In this document: in pieces, positions 47,221 through 56,019 of the stretch | Numbering within the stretch: the stretch's first letter is position 1 | How the letters are laid out: every line of letters starts with the position of its first letter | Source: Collinsella sp. | GTDB taxonomy: Bacteria > Actinomycetota > Coriobacteriia > Coriobacteriales > Coriobacteriaceae | Direction of reading: 5' to 3' | Length of the DNA: 64,000 bases | Assembly (NCBI GenBank): GCA_019414565.1 | Contig: DXLU01000007.1 | Location: forward strand, 2,191 to 66,190 | Made by a program: the position numbers and the translations under genes | Notes under the pieces: generated by a model | Told to the model about the DNA's origin: nothing | What the model saw: only the letters and a program-made list of their open reading frames with translations | Databases searched by the model: none

Positions 47221-47294
47221 AATGGCGATGCGGATGGTGCGAATAAGAAAGGGACACGTTGCTGAAACGTGCCCCTTATGAGTGGGGTATGAGG

Positions 47295-48944
47295 TTAGCG
47301 CTCGTAGATTAAGTTGCCCGCCAGGTAGGTGGCCTGAACCTTGGTGGCTTGCAGCTCTTGGGGGTCGATGGTGAGCGGGTTTTGGTCCAGGACTACCAGG
47401 TCGGCGTATTTGCCGGGCTCTAGGCTGCCGAGGTTTTGCTCGTCGCCCGCTGCGTACGCGCTGCCAAGCGTGTAGCTGCGCAGGGCCGTTGCCGCGTCGA
47501 TACGCTCGCTCGGCAGCCAGCCGCCCTCGGGCCAGTGGCTGCGGGGATCTTGGCGTGTGATAGCCGTGTAGAGCACGTTCATGCTGGTAACGGCCGTGAT
47601 GGGGCTGTCGGTACCGAAAGCTTGACGGATACCGCGCTGCTGATAAGTTGCGAACGGCCACATGATGCGGCTGCGTTCCAGGCCCAGGTCGCGCTCCGGG
47701 CCACCCGGGTCGAGCGTGATGTGGCAAGGCTGGCTCGAGGCAATGACGTTGAGCTTGCGCAGACGATCGATGTCTTGAGGCAGCAGATTCTCCAGGTGCT
47801 CAAGCGTATTGTGGCCGTGCTGGGGCAAGCCGTAGAGCTCTGCCGCCTCCTCAAAGATATCGAGTGCGGCATGGATGGCACCGTCGCCGATAACGTGGAT
47901 GCGCACGGTATGGTCACGCTCGGCTGCCGCCAAAACCAACTTGCGCATACGCTCGACAGGGACCGTCAGGCGGCCCTGGTCGCCCGGGAAGCGCGGGTTG
48001 GTATAGGGCTCAGTGAGGTATGCGGTATGCTCGCTCGACACGCCGTCGAAGAACTGTTTAAAGCCTGGCGCCGAGAGCAGCGCGTTGTTCGCGTAGCGGG
48101 TCTGGAGTTCTTCCAAGCGCGACTGGTCATCCAGCAGCGTGGGAAACAGATGGGCGCGGATGCCCAGCTTGCCGGAGGCCTGCAGCTTGTCGTAAACATC
48201 GTCGCGAATAAAGTCGCAGCCCGGCATGGGCATGAGCGACATATCGCAGATTGAGGTGATGCCTTGCTCGGCCATACGCTTCATCTGGTCGGCGTAAGCG
48301 CTCGCGATGCGGTCCTCGCCCAGCCACTCCAGGCAGCGCGGCAGCAGCTGCATAGCAGCCGCCTCGTGGGCGATACCCGTAAGCTCGCCATTTGCATCTT
48401 TGTCGTAGCTACCACCCGCCGGAGGCTCGCTGTCGCGTGTCACGCCGAGGGCTTCGAGTGCGCGGCTGTTGAGCCACAGCGTGTGCCCGTCGCCCGAATA
48501 CATAACGCAGGAACGATCGGGAAATGCCGCATCGAGCGACGCCTTGGTAGGATGCGCGGGCGGGTCCCAACGGTAGTCGCGCCAGCCCTGCGTCACAACC
48601 CAAGCGTCATCGGGCAGGTCCTGGGAAAACTCGAGCGCGTGCTGCACCAGCGCCGCCTCGGACGTGCCCATATCCATGAGCATGTACGGCGAGGAACCGA
48701 CCGAGGTATGGAAGAAGTGCAGATGAGCGTCATGGAAACCGGGGCAGACAAACTGCTCGCCGTAGTCGATAACCGGCGTGGCGGCGGGAGCGGCGGCGAT
48801 CACGTCATCGGGCTTGCCGACTGCGACGATACGGTCGCCTGCGATGGCAATCGCCAGCTCGCGGGCAGTATCGATGCCGTCTTGCGCGGTAAAGACGTTC
48901 TTGGAGCGGATAATCCGATCGATATGTTGCATGGGCATCCCCAT
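47295..48944 (-). CDS. Metal-dependent amidohydrolase, YtcJ-like (amidohydrolase family 3)
   Basis: The product begins MGMPMQHIDRIIRSKNVFTA, and CPGFHDAHLHFF carries the HxH metal motif. The remaining beta-barrel motifs are present (VRIHVIGDGA, LEHLE, FGTDSP). The start is ambiguous among ATGs at 48932, 48938 and 48944. Confidence 0.85.
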   Translation of the reverse strand: MGMPMQHIDRIIRSKNVFTAQDGIDTARELAIAIAGDRIVAVGKPDDVIAAAPAATPVIDYGEQFVCPGFHDAHLHFFHTSVGSSPYMLMDMGTSEAALVQHALEFSQDLPDDAWVVTQGWRDYRWDPPAHPTKASLDAAFPDRSCVMYSGDGHTLWLNSRALEALGVTRDSEPPAGGSYDKDANGELTGIAHEAAAMQLLPRCLEWLGEDRIASAYADQMKRMAEQGITSICDMSLMPMPGCDFIRDDVYDKLQASGKLGIRAHLFPTLLDDQSRLEELQTRYANNALLSAPGFKQFFDGVSSEHTAYLTEPYTNPRFPGDQGRLTVPVERMRKLVLAAAERDHTVRIHVIGDGAIHAALDIFEEAAELYGLPQHGHNTLEHLENLLPQDIDRLRKLNVIASSQPCHITLDPGGPERDLGLERSRIMWPFATYQQRGIRQAFGTDSPITAVTSMNVLYTAITRQDPRSHWPEGGWLPSERIDAATALRSYTLGSAYAAGDEQNLGSLEPGKYADLVVLDQNPLTIDPQELQATKVQATYLAGNLIYER

Positions 48945-49100
48945 CTCTGGCAGGAAATTCAACACCCCCGAGTGTACTCCCCCGCCCTTGCAACAAAACC
49001 CCAAGCGGCAAACGGCAACTTTACCAGCCCTAGCGGCAGGTGGCATACTGGAGAGAGCCTGTACGATTTTGCGATCAACCCAGCAAGGAGCAAATCGACC

Positions 49101-50564
49101 ATGACGAAGACCAAGGCACAGCAGATTATGGCGGCGACCGAGGCTCGTGCGGCTGACGACGTCACCGCAGCCATCAAAGATATCGCTATCGAGTTTGAAC
49201 CCTATATCATCAAGCAGCGCCGCCACTTCCATAAGCACCCGGAGCTGAGCCTTGCCGAGGAGCGCACGACTTCTGACATCGCCAACCAGCTCGACGCCAT
49301 GAATATCCCCTACGAGCGTCCCCTTAAGACGGGCCTTGTGGCAACCCTTCGCGGCACCGCGCCCGACGCCTATCGCGAGGACGGCACGCCACGCCGCCGC
49401 ATCCTGCTGCGCGCCGACATCGACGCCCTGCCCGTCACCGAGCAGACCGGCGAAGAGTTCGCCAGCGTCAACGAGGGCTGCATGCACGCCTGCGGCCACG
49501 ACTGCCATATCGCCATGATGCTCGGCACGCTGCAAATCCTGCGCCATATGACCGACGACATCCACGGCGAAGTCCGCATCGTCTTCCAGCCCAGCGAGGA
49601 AAACGGCCAGGGCGCCAAGCTCATGATCGGCACGGGCGTGCTCGACGGCGTCGATGGTGCCTACGCCGCGCATATCTGGAGCGAGGTTGACGCCGGCACC
49701 GTAAGCTGCGAGCCCGGTCCGCGCATGGCCAATACCGACTGGTTCCGCATTGATGTCCGCGGCACCTCGTGCCATGGCGCCATGCCCCAACGCGGCCACG
49801 ACGCCGTCATGGTTGCCGCCGAGATCGTCAACGCTCTGCAGACCATCGTTTCGCGCGAGATCAGCCCCTACGAGCCGGCTGTCATCACCGTCGGCGAGCT
49901 GCACGGCGGCACCGCGCGCAACGTTATCGCCGGCACGGCCTACCTCGCCGGCACAGTGCGCACCTACGGAGATTCGACCCACGAGGAAATGCCGGAGCTC
50001 ATGCGCCGCATCGTGGAGCATACCGCGGCCGCCTTGGGCGCCGAGGCAAAGCTCACCGACTACACCATCGCCAACTACAAGGTCGAAAACGATGCCGCCT
50101 CGAGCGAGCGCTGCCGCCAGGCAGTAATCAAATGCTTGGGCCCCACCGGCCAAGGCCATTACCGCGGCACGCTTTCGGGCGAGGATTTTTCGGAGTACCT
50201 GCGCCGCGTACCGGGCGTGCTCGCCTTTGTAGGTACGCGCAACCCCAAGATTGGCGCCACGTACGCCCAACATTCCTGCTTCTACAAGATCGACGAAACT
50301 GTGCTGGCAAAGGGCTCCATGGTGGCCGCCCAGTATGCCATCGACTTTTTGGCCGAGCCCACCCAAGAGGAGCTCGACGGCCCCGCGATCACCGCGGTCG
50401 CCGAAACCAACCCCGACTTGGCCGCCAAGTTGCGCTCTGCCAAGGCCACGTCCGCCGAGGCTCGCGATGCTATCCATGATGCCCGCACGGCGCGCCATGC
50501 CGCCATCAAGGGCATCCATGATGCACGTGCCGCCGCTCGCCGCGAGGAGAAGCACGACGAGTAG
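49101..50564 (+). CDS. M20D-family amidohydrolase (N-acyl-L-amino acid amidohydrolase / hippurate hydrolase-like) with a ~75-aa Ala/Arg-rich helical C-terminal tail
   Basis: FHKHPELSLAEERT ... MHACGHDCH ... FQPSEE ... GGTARNVIA are M20D motifs. An AAGGAG SD lies 10 nt upstream of the ATG at 49101. Confidence 0.88.
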   Translation: MTKTKAQQIMAATEARAADDVTAAIKDIAIEFEPYIIKQRRHFHKHPELSLAEERTTSDIANQLDAMNIPYERPLKTGLVATLRGTAPDAYREDGTPRRRILLRADIDALPVTEQTGEEFASVNEGCMHACGHDCHIAMMLGTLQILRHMTDDIHGEVRIVFQPSEENGQGAKLMIGTGVLDGVDGAYAAHIWSEVDAGTVSCEPGPRMANTDWFRIDVRGTSCHGAMPQRGHDAVMVAAEIVNALQTIVSREISPYEPAVITVGELHGGTARNVIAGTAYLAGTVRTYGDSTHEEMPELMRRIVEHTAAALGAEAKLTDYTIANYKVENDAASSERCRQAVIKCLGPTGQGHYRGTLSGEDFSEYLRRVPGVLAFVGTRNPKIGATYAQHSCFYKIDETVLAKGSMVAAQYAIDFLAEPTQEELDGPAITAVAETNPDLAAKLRSAKATSAEARDAIHDARTARHAAIKGIHDARAAARREEKHDE

Positions 50565-50609
50565 TCGATCCACGACCATCTCGCAGTCATAGCCGCATCG
50601 CGATATCAA

Positions 50610-50651
50610 AGCGGGGGCGGACGCTTCGGCACGTCCGCTCCCGCTTATTTG
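50610..50651. terminator. Bidirectional terminator between convergent genes
   Basis: A 14-bp stem (agcgggggcggacg / cgtccgctcccgct) has T-tracts on both strands. Confidence 0.7.
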
Positions 50652-50704
50652 TCAAGCGCTATTTCTACCGTTTCTACCCCGTCCCCAAATGGCAGGTGGC
50701 AGGG

Positions 50705-52020
50705 TTACTCGTCCTGCGGGTCCTCGTCGGAGCTTGGCGCAGGCTCGGGCTCAGGCGCAGGCTCGGGCTCCGGTTCCGACATGGGCGCGGGGTCGGGCTC
50801 AGGCACGGGCGCGGGCTCAGGCTCAGGCTCAGGCACGGGCACGGGCTCGGGCGCGGGCTCGGGCTCGGGCGCAGGCGCCGCAGCGGAATCGGATACGGGC
50901 GCTGCGTCGGTGCTAAAACCAGCCGGAGCAGACTTCTTCTCAAACGGCAGCACAAAGGTCAGGACGTCATCCTTATCCTCATCAGCCCATTCAGCTGCAT
51001 AACGCGCTACCCAATAGCCAATGGCACGGTGCTTGAGCATCTTGCCAAAGACCGTAAGAAATACGGTGACGAAAGCGACCAGCACCAGGAACAGCACGAG
51101 TATGAGGCCACCACCGGAGACGATCGCCTCGATACCCGTGGGGCGATAGTAATAGCCGTACGCGCCAATTCCGGCGATGGCACCAAAGACGACCGTCAAG
51201 ATCCAGGTGACAACGTTGGCGACCAGGCCCGTCAAAAACTCGGGAAGAAACGAAGCGCAGAACAGCTTGGTCTTGTTGTGCTTAAACGCCGCCCAGACCT
51301 TGTCGAGCGAAAACGCACTCTCCACACGACCAGTCACCGCAAAGTGCATCACGGCGATGTCGGCGAACATTTTAAAGAAGACCCCCAGGACCGCCGTGGC
51401 AATCATAGCCAGGACAAGCAAGCCAAGCGAGCCAAACAGCGCAGCCTCGAGCGCATAAGAGCCGTAATAAGAATACGAGCCCGCGGCGCCAATCACCACG
51501 CTCTCCACCAGCGAAAGCACTACACCGATAACGGGAATGGCAGCGATAACCTCGAGCACGACCGAGATAACGCTCGAAAAGACTCCGAGACCAAACGACG
51601 TGGAACGCATGAGTGGACGATCCATACCGTCATCGACCTTGAGCGAAAGATCACGGCCCCACTCGATACCAAAGCCGGAACCGCACACGCTCGCAATGCA
51701 AGCTGCCAAAAAGCCGATGGCAGCCGCAATGCCGCCAATAACGGGAATAAACAACACGAGCACCGACACAACGCAAATCAGCGCCGGCAAAAACGCGATT
51801 TGGCATACACGCTGAAGCACACCCGGAGTCTTGGTCATATCTTGGAACGCCTGAGCCACACAGCCCTTTGGCGCATTCGCCACGGGCGGTTGCGGAACAA
51901 ACTGCTGGGGCTGAGGCTGTCCCTGGGGAGCGGGGCCAGCGGCACCGGCATTGGGGCACCACACACGCCGCAGAACTTGTCGTTATCGCCCATGGGGGCG
52001 CCACACTGCGAGCAGAACAT
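50705..52020 (-). pseudogene. Zinc-ribbon + polytopic membrane (DUF4013-like) protein with a Pro/Glu-rich C-terminal tail; reading frame interrupted near the N-terminus
   Basis: ATG 52020 (GAAGGGA SD) encodes MFCSQCGAPMGDNDKFCGVCGAP, and that frame then runs to a stop at 51835. The 419-aa body (GAAGPAPQGQPQPQQF... then about 8 TM segments) is in the -1/+2 frame and opens only after a TAA inside the ribbon. A C4 run at 51953-51956 is the likely shift site. Confidence 0.65.
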
Positions 52021-52169
52021 AGAATCATCCCTTCGTATCTTGAGCGAATCACTTGGATCGCAAACGATGTCTTTAGCATCATTATTGCCCAATGTGGGGT
52101 CAAATACTCAAAGATGACCGATTTGCAAGGTACACGGCGCCAGCAGGCGGTTCGTTGAATACGTCTGCG

Positions 52170-53192
52170 TTAGTTCGTTCCGCGGAAACCCTTGCCGACG
52201 ATCTCGGAGCTGTCGACAATCGTGATAAAGGCACCCGGATCGATCTCGCGCGCATAGCGACGCAGCTGCACGGCCTCGCGACGACTCAGCACGCTCATAA
52301 TCACCGTCACGCACTTGCCCGAGAAGGCACCGTAGCCGCGACTGATGGTCGCCGTACGGTTGAGATGCTTGACGATAAACTCCTCGACCTTAAGGGGCTC
52401 GGAACAAATGACCGTGCAGACTTTGCGCAGGTGAATGCTCTCGATGGCCTTGTCGACCACGAGCGTCTTGGCAAACAGGCCAAGCACGCAATACAGACCG
52501 ACACGCGGGCCATACAAAAAGGCCGCGATGGTCACGATGCCGATATCGACCAACAGCAGGGCGCGGCCAATCTCGAGCGTGGTGCGGCGCTTGAGGATCA
52601 TGGCAAGAATGTCCGTGCCACCCGTCGAGGCGCCGATGTCAAAGACAATAGCGCTGCCGAGCGCCGGCAAGATGACGGCAAAGCACAGGTCGAGCCACAT
52701 ATCGCCCGTCATCGAGACATCGGTCGGAATAAAGAACTCAAACAGCGAAACATAGGCGGACAGCGCAAACGAGGCAAAGACACTCCACAGGATTGCCTTG
52801 CGCTCCAAAAAAATAAAGCCCAGAACGACTAGGACCGCGTTGATAATCCACATAAAAACGCCGACGGGCAGGGTCGGGAACAGCGTGGACAGAATGACCG
52901 ACACGCCCGAGGTGCCGCCAAAAGCAAAGTGATTAGGGGTTTTAAACGCGACGATGGCAAAGGCCGTGAGGATCAGGCCCAAATTGAGCTCGGCAAAAAA
53001 GCGCGGAAAGCCCGGCTCCTGGCTGCGCTTGCGACCAGCGCGCTCGCCTCGCTCGATAACATCGCGATCGACCACGCGCTCCATCGGCACCACGGGAGGA
53101 CGATGCACCTCCTCGGCAGCACGCGACGCCGCCTCTGCCGCAGCGGCCTCAATCGCCCATGCCTTGCTTTCTGTTTCGTGCTCGTCGGCCAT
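52170..53192 (-). CDS. YitT-family membrane protein (DUF2179 C-terminal domain)
   Basis: FAFGGTSGVSVIL ... GASTGGTDILAMIL ... C-terminal DUF2179 pattern (TVIMSVLSRREAVQLRRYAREIDPGAFITIV). The start is uncertain. Confidence 0.85.
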   Translation of the reverse strand: MADEHETESKAWAIEAAAAEAASRAAEEVHRPPVVPMERVVDRDVIERGERAGRKRSQEPGFPRFFAELNLGLILTAFAIVAFKTPNHFAFGGTSGVSVILSTLFPTLPVGVFMWIINAVLVVLGFIFLERKAILWSVFASFALSAYVSLFEFFIPTDVSMTGDMWLDLCFAVILPALGSAIVFDIGASTGGTDILAMILKRRTTLEIGRALLLVDIGIVTIAAFLYGPRVGLYCVLGLFAKTLVVDKAIESIHLRKVCTVICSEPLKVEEFIVKHLNRTATISRGYGAFSGKCVTVIMSVLSRREAVQLRRYAREIDPGAFITIVDSSEIVGKGFRGTN

Positions 53193-53356
53193 TACGGCAA
53201 CTCCTCGTTAACAATTTGGAAACAATGCGCTCATTAGGGTAACGCGGAACGTGGGGATTGCAACCCTTAGTTAGACGAGCGGTATGACTATATCGGGAGC
53301 GTACAGAAACGGCCGGCCACGCTTTTGCTTGCGCGGTCGGCCGTTTGGCGTTTTCG

Positions 53357-53401
53357 CAGATAAAACCTGCCAAAACAAACCTGTCCCCTTTTGGAAGGTT
53401 A
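53357..53401 (-). terminator. Conserved hairpin terminator module (copy 2) embedding the asp23 stop codon
   Basis: The sequence is about 90% identical to 27495-27539 (cagataaaacctgccaaaaYaaacctgtcccYttttggMaggtta). Confidence 0.7.
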
Positions 53402-53920
53402 TTCGTGCTGGCTGGTGCGATGCTCGTACTCCTCGGGGGTGATGACATCCTCGATGCGCAGGTTGACGCCCGCCACCTCAAGGCCGGTCATCGCGGCAAG
53501 GCGCTCGGTGACACGTGCCTTGACATCGTCGAAGATCGCGGGCGCATAGGCGCCGTACTCGATGATGACGGAGATGTTGACGACCACGCGATTGTCATCG
53601 GTGACCTCGACCGTCACGCCCTTGGTCAGATTCTCGGCACCAAACTGCTCCTGCACAAAGTGCATAAGGTTGCCCTTCATGCCCAGAACGTGCGGGACCT
53701 CGCGAGTGGCCATGGCAACGATCTTCTCGATCACGCCGTTGGAATAGGTCAGCGAGTCCTCGGACTCATCCGCTTCCTCGTCGTCCTCGTCCGCATCGTC
53801 GGCGGGTTCGGCCTCGACGAGCGCCTCGTCCTCGAGCGTTACGTCCTCGGCCTCGGCGGCGACGGTCTCGTCGGCCTCGAGCTCGGTATCGGCTACATCG
53901 ACCTTCGTATTAAAAGCCAT
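53399..53920 (-). CDS. asp23: Asp23/Gls24-family envelope stress protein (acidic N-terminal extension)
   Basis: YSNGVIEKIVAMATREVPHVLGM ... VNISVIIEYGAYAPAIFDDVKARV is the Asp23 pattern. Confidence 0.9.
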   Translation of the reverse strand: MAFNTKVDVADTELEADETVAAEAEDVTLEDEALVEAEPADDADEDDEEADESEDSLTYSNGVIEKIVAMATREVPHVLGMKGNLMHFVQEQFGAENLTKGVTVEVTDDNRVVVNISVIIEYGAYAPAIFDDVKARVTERLAAMTGLEVAGVNLRIEDVITPEEYEHRTSQHE

Positions 53921-53964
53921 GATTCCTCCTTATGCCTGCCGCGGATGCGACAGTCGAATACATA

Positions 53965-54342
53965 TTAGCGGCCGCTAAACAGACGGCCGAAGAAGTTGAC
54001 GATCCCGTTCTCGCCGTCGCGAATTTGGCCGATCACAGCGCCGATCAGCACGAAGAATGCAATGACGAGCGTGTCCCACAGGCCCAACGTGAGCACCAAC
54101 ACGGCGAGGATAAAGCCGGCGACGGCGCCGAGCGTGGTGTTGGGATGACGCACAGCATAGCTCCAGACGGCAGCGCCCGTACCCTTGATGAGACCCATAG
54201 CCTCGTCAAAATCCGCGGCTGCCGCATCTTGCAACTCGGTTGCCTCCGCTTTGGAATCAACAGGTTCGCTCGCCGGCGTGGCGCTCTGGTCAATCGTCAG
54301 GCGCGGCGTACGAGCGGTCTTATCTTGATTGGTATCACTCAC
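53965..54342 (-). CDS. DUF2273-family small membrane protein (Asp23 operon partner)
   Basis: The C-terminus has two TM helices and ends ...GAVIGQIRDGENGIVNFFGRLFSGR. The GTG start overlaps the amaP stop (GGTGAGTGA), with a GGAGG SD 5 nt upstream. Confidence 0.7.
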   Translation of the reverse strand: MSDTNQDKTARTPRLTIDQSATPASEPVDSKAEATELQDAAAADFDEAMGLIKGTGAAVWSYAVRHPNTTLGAVAGFILAVLVLTLGLWDTLVIAFFVLIGAVIGQIRDGENGIVNFFGRLFSGR

Positions 54343-54880
54343 CGGAAACCTCCACGGTCTGGACGGTAGTCTTGGACGGCAAAAAACGGACGCGCGTGGT
54401 CGTACCCGGCGTGCCGAGCATGGTATCGCAAGCTTCCTCGATGCGCTGCTGCATCGCGGTAGCCAGAGATGCCACGTCCTTATCGTCAAGCGCGATAGCC
54501 TCGACCTTAAAACGGACGTGCGAATCGTCGGGGCCTTGGACGCGGGCCTCGACATGCTCGACCATCACGCGGTCGTCGCGCTCGGCAGCAACCCTGGCGC
54601 ACGAAGAAAGCGCCGCAAGGGTAACCTCGATATTGCGCTCCCCCGCCGGATGCACGCAGGACGGCTCGCGACGGGCGAACATCAGGCGGAAAAAGCTTAC
54701 CAGCACGCCGATCGCCACGACGCCGGCGCACGCCGTCACGACGATGCGCGGCATGGGGTCGCGCATCAGCAGCATAAAGCGATACGTATACGGCCCCCAA
54801 AACTGGCAGACAAGCGTACCCAGCGCCACGATGGTGGCGGCAAGATACACGATCGCTAGGGCTCGTTTGAGTACGCGCAC
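54335..54880 (-). CDS. amaP: Alkaline shock response membrane anchor protein AmaP
   Basis: The protein has N-terminal TM helices followed by an Asp23-like soluble part. It is the first gene of the amaP-DUF2273-asp23 arrangement known from Staphylococcus. Confidence 0.75.
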   Translation of the reverse strand: MRVLKRALAIVYLAATIVALGTLVCQFWGPYTYRFMLLMRDPMPRIVVTACAGVVAIGVLVSFFRLMFARREPSCVHPAGERNIEVTLAALSSCARVAAERDDRVMVEHVEARVQGPDDSHVRFKVEAIALDDKDVASLATAMQQRIEEACDTMLGTPGTTTRVRFLPSKTTVQTVEVSGE

Positions 54881-55046
54881 GCGGCGCTCCCTTCAAATCT
54901 CGGCTCTCGAAATGCAGAACGGTTCGCATCATTATAAAAGAGCCGGGTCCGGTGCTCTACGCACGCGGATCCGGCTCATCTATTCCACGAGGCTTGCATG
55001 CTCGCTTCATTATGCCCAGATATGCACGGCTTAACCCGTGCGAGCG

Positions 55047-55853
55047 CTACTCCTCCTCGAGGGCAGCGATGACCTCGTCGGTCATGTCCATGGTGCTGTA
55101 AACATCCTGGACGTCGTCGAGCTCCTCAAGACGGTCGATGAGGCGCTGAACCTTCTTGGCGTCGGCGCCGGAGACCTCGGTCGGGGTGGTCGGGACCATG
55201 GTGGTCTCGGAGCCCTTCACCTGGACGCCCTGCTCCTCGAGCGCCTTGGAGACAGCCATGACCTCGTTGGCAGTAGTCCAGACAATCCACTCCTCGCCGG
55301 CGTCCTCGTAGTCCTCGCCACCGGCCTCGGCGATGGCCATCATGAACTCATCCTCGTCACCGGCAGCACCGTTGGCGATCATGGTCTCCTTCTTGGCGTT
55401 CTCGTCCAGGATCTCCTTGGCGACGACGATCTGGCCCTTACGCTCAAACTGGAAGGCGACGGAGCCAGAGGTGCCCAGGTTGCCACCAGCGTGGGAGAAG
55501 GCGGAACGGACATCAGCGGCGGTACGGTTGCGGTTGTCGGTCAGGCAGTCGACGTAGACGGCGACACCGGCGGGACCGTAGCCCTCGTACACGATGTTCT
55601 CGTAGACGGCGGCGTCAGCACCCGAACCAAAAGCCTTGTCGATAGCGGACTTGATCTTGTCCTTAGGCATGGACTGAGCCTTGGCCTTGGCAACGGCAGC
55701 GGCGAGGCTGGCGTTGTTCTCGGGCAGCGGGTCACCGCCGAGACGGGCAGCAACGGTGATGTTGCGGCTGAGCTTGGAGAAGAGGGCGGAACGCTTGGCG
55801 TCCTGCGCGCCCTTACGATGCTTGGTTGTGGCCCACTTAGAGTGTCCGGACAT
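55047..55853 (-). CDS. yebC: YebC/PmpR-family DNA-binding transcriptional regulator
   Basis: MSGHSKWATTKHRKGAQDAKRSALFSKL is the family signature. Confidence 0.95.
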   Translation of the reverse strand: MSGHSKWATTKHRKGAQDAKRSALFSKLSRNITVAARLGGDPLPENNASLAAAVAKAKAQSMPKDKIKSAIDKAFGSGADAAVYENIVYEGYGPAGVAVYVDCLTDNRNRTAADVRSAFSHAGGNLGTSGSVAFQFERKGQIVVAKEILDENAKKETMIANGAAGDEDEFMMAIAEAGGEDYEDAGEEWIVWTTANEVMAVSKALEEQGVQVKGSETTMVPTTPTEVSGADAKKVQRLIDRLEELDDVQDVYSTMDMTDEVIAALEEE

Positions 55854-56019
55854 ACGTGTCTCCTATCGGTTTCGACCTAAAGCCCAGCGCAGATGCTCGG
55901 GCAATATAAACAAACGCTATAAATGATATACCTACTGGCCTGTGAGATAAACAAAAAAATGAAGGCGTCGTGATGATGCCACCCTTTGGTGCAAAGAGAC
56001 CTGACCCCAATGCACCAAG

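Noticed and set aside
47295-50609. A 1104-aa minus-strand ORF, which would be the largest gene in the window.
   Set aside because: Only the C-terminal ~549 aa (from the ATGs at 48932-48944) look like a real protein, a YtcJ-like amidohydrolase. The N-terminal half is Gly/Ala/Arg-rich and is the antisense shadow of the well-supported plus-strand M20D gene (49101-50564).
50740-50890. A GC-rich 6/12-nt periodic DNA repeat (ggctcgggc/ggctcaggc...) could be a non-coding microsatellite.
   Set aside because: It lies inside the reading frame of the membrane protein and encodes its Pro/Glu/Ala-rich C-terminal tail. It is coding low complexity, although its length may still vary.
53965-54555. A 196-aa ORF as the DUF2273 gene.
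   Set aside because: Its first 71 residues overlap amaP out of frame and are Arg/Ser/Pro-rich. A GTG at 54342 with a GGAGG SD gives a 125-aa product consistent with operon coupling.
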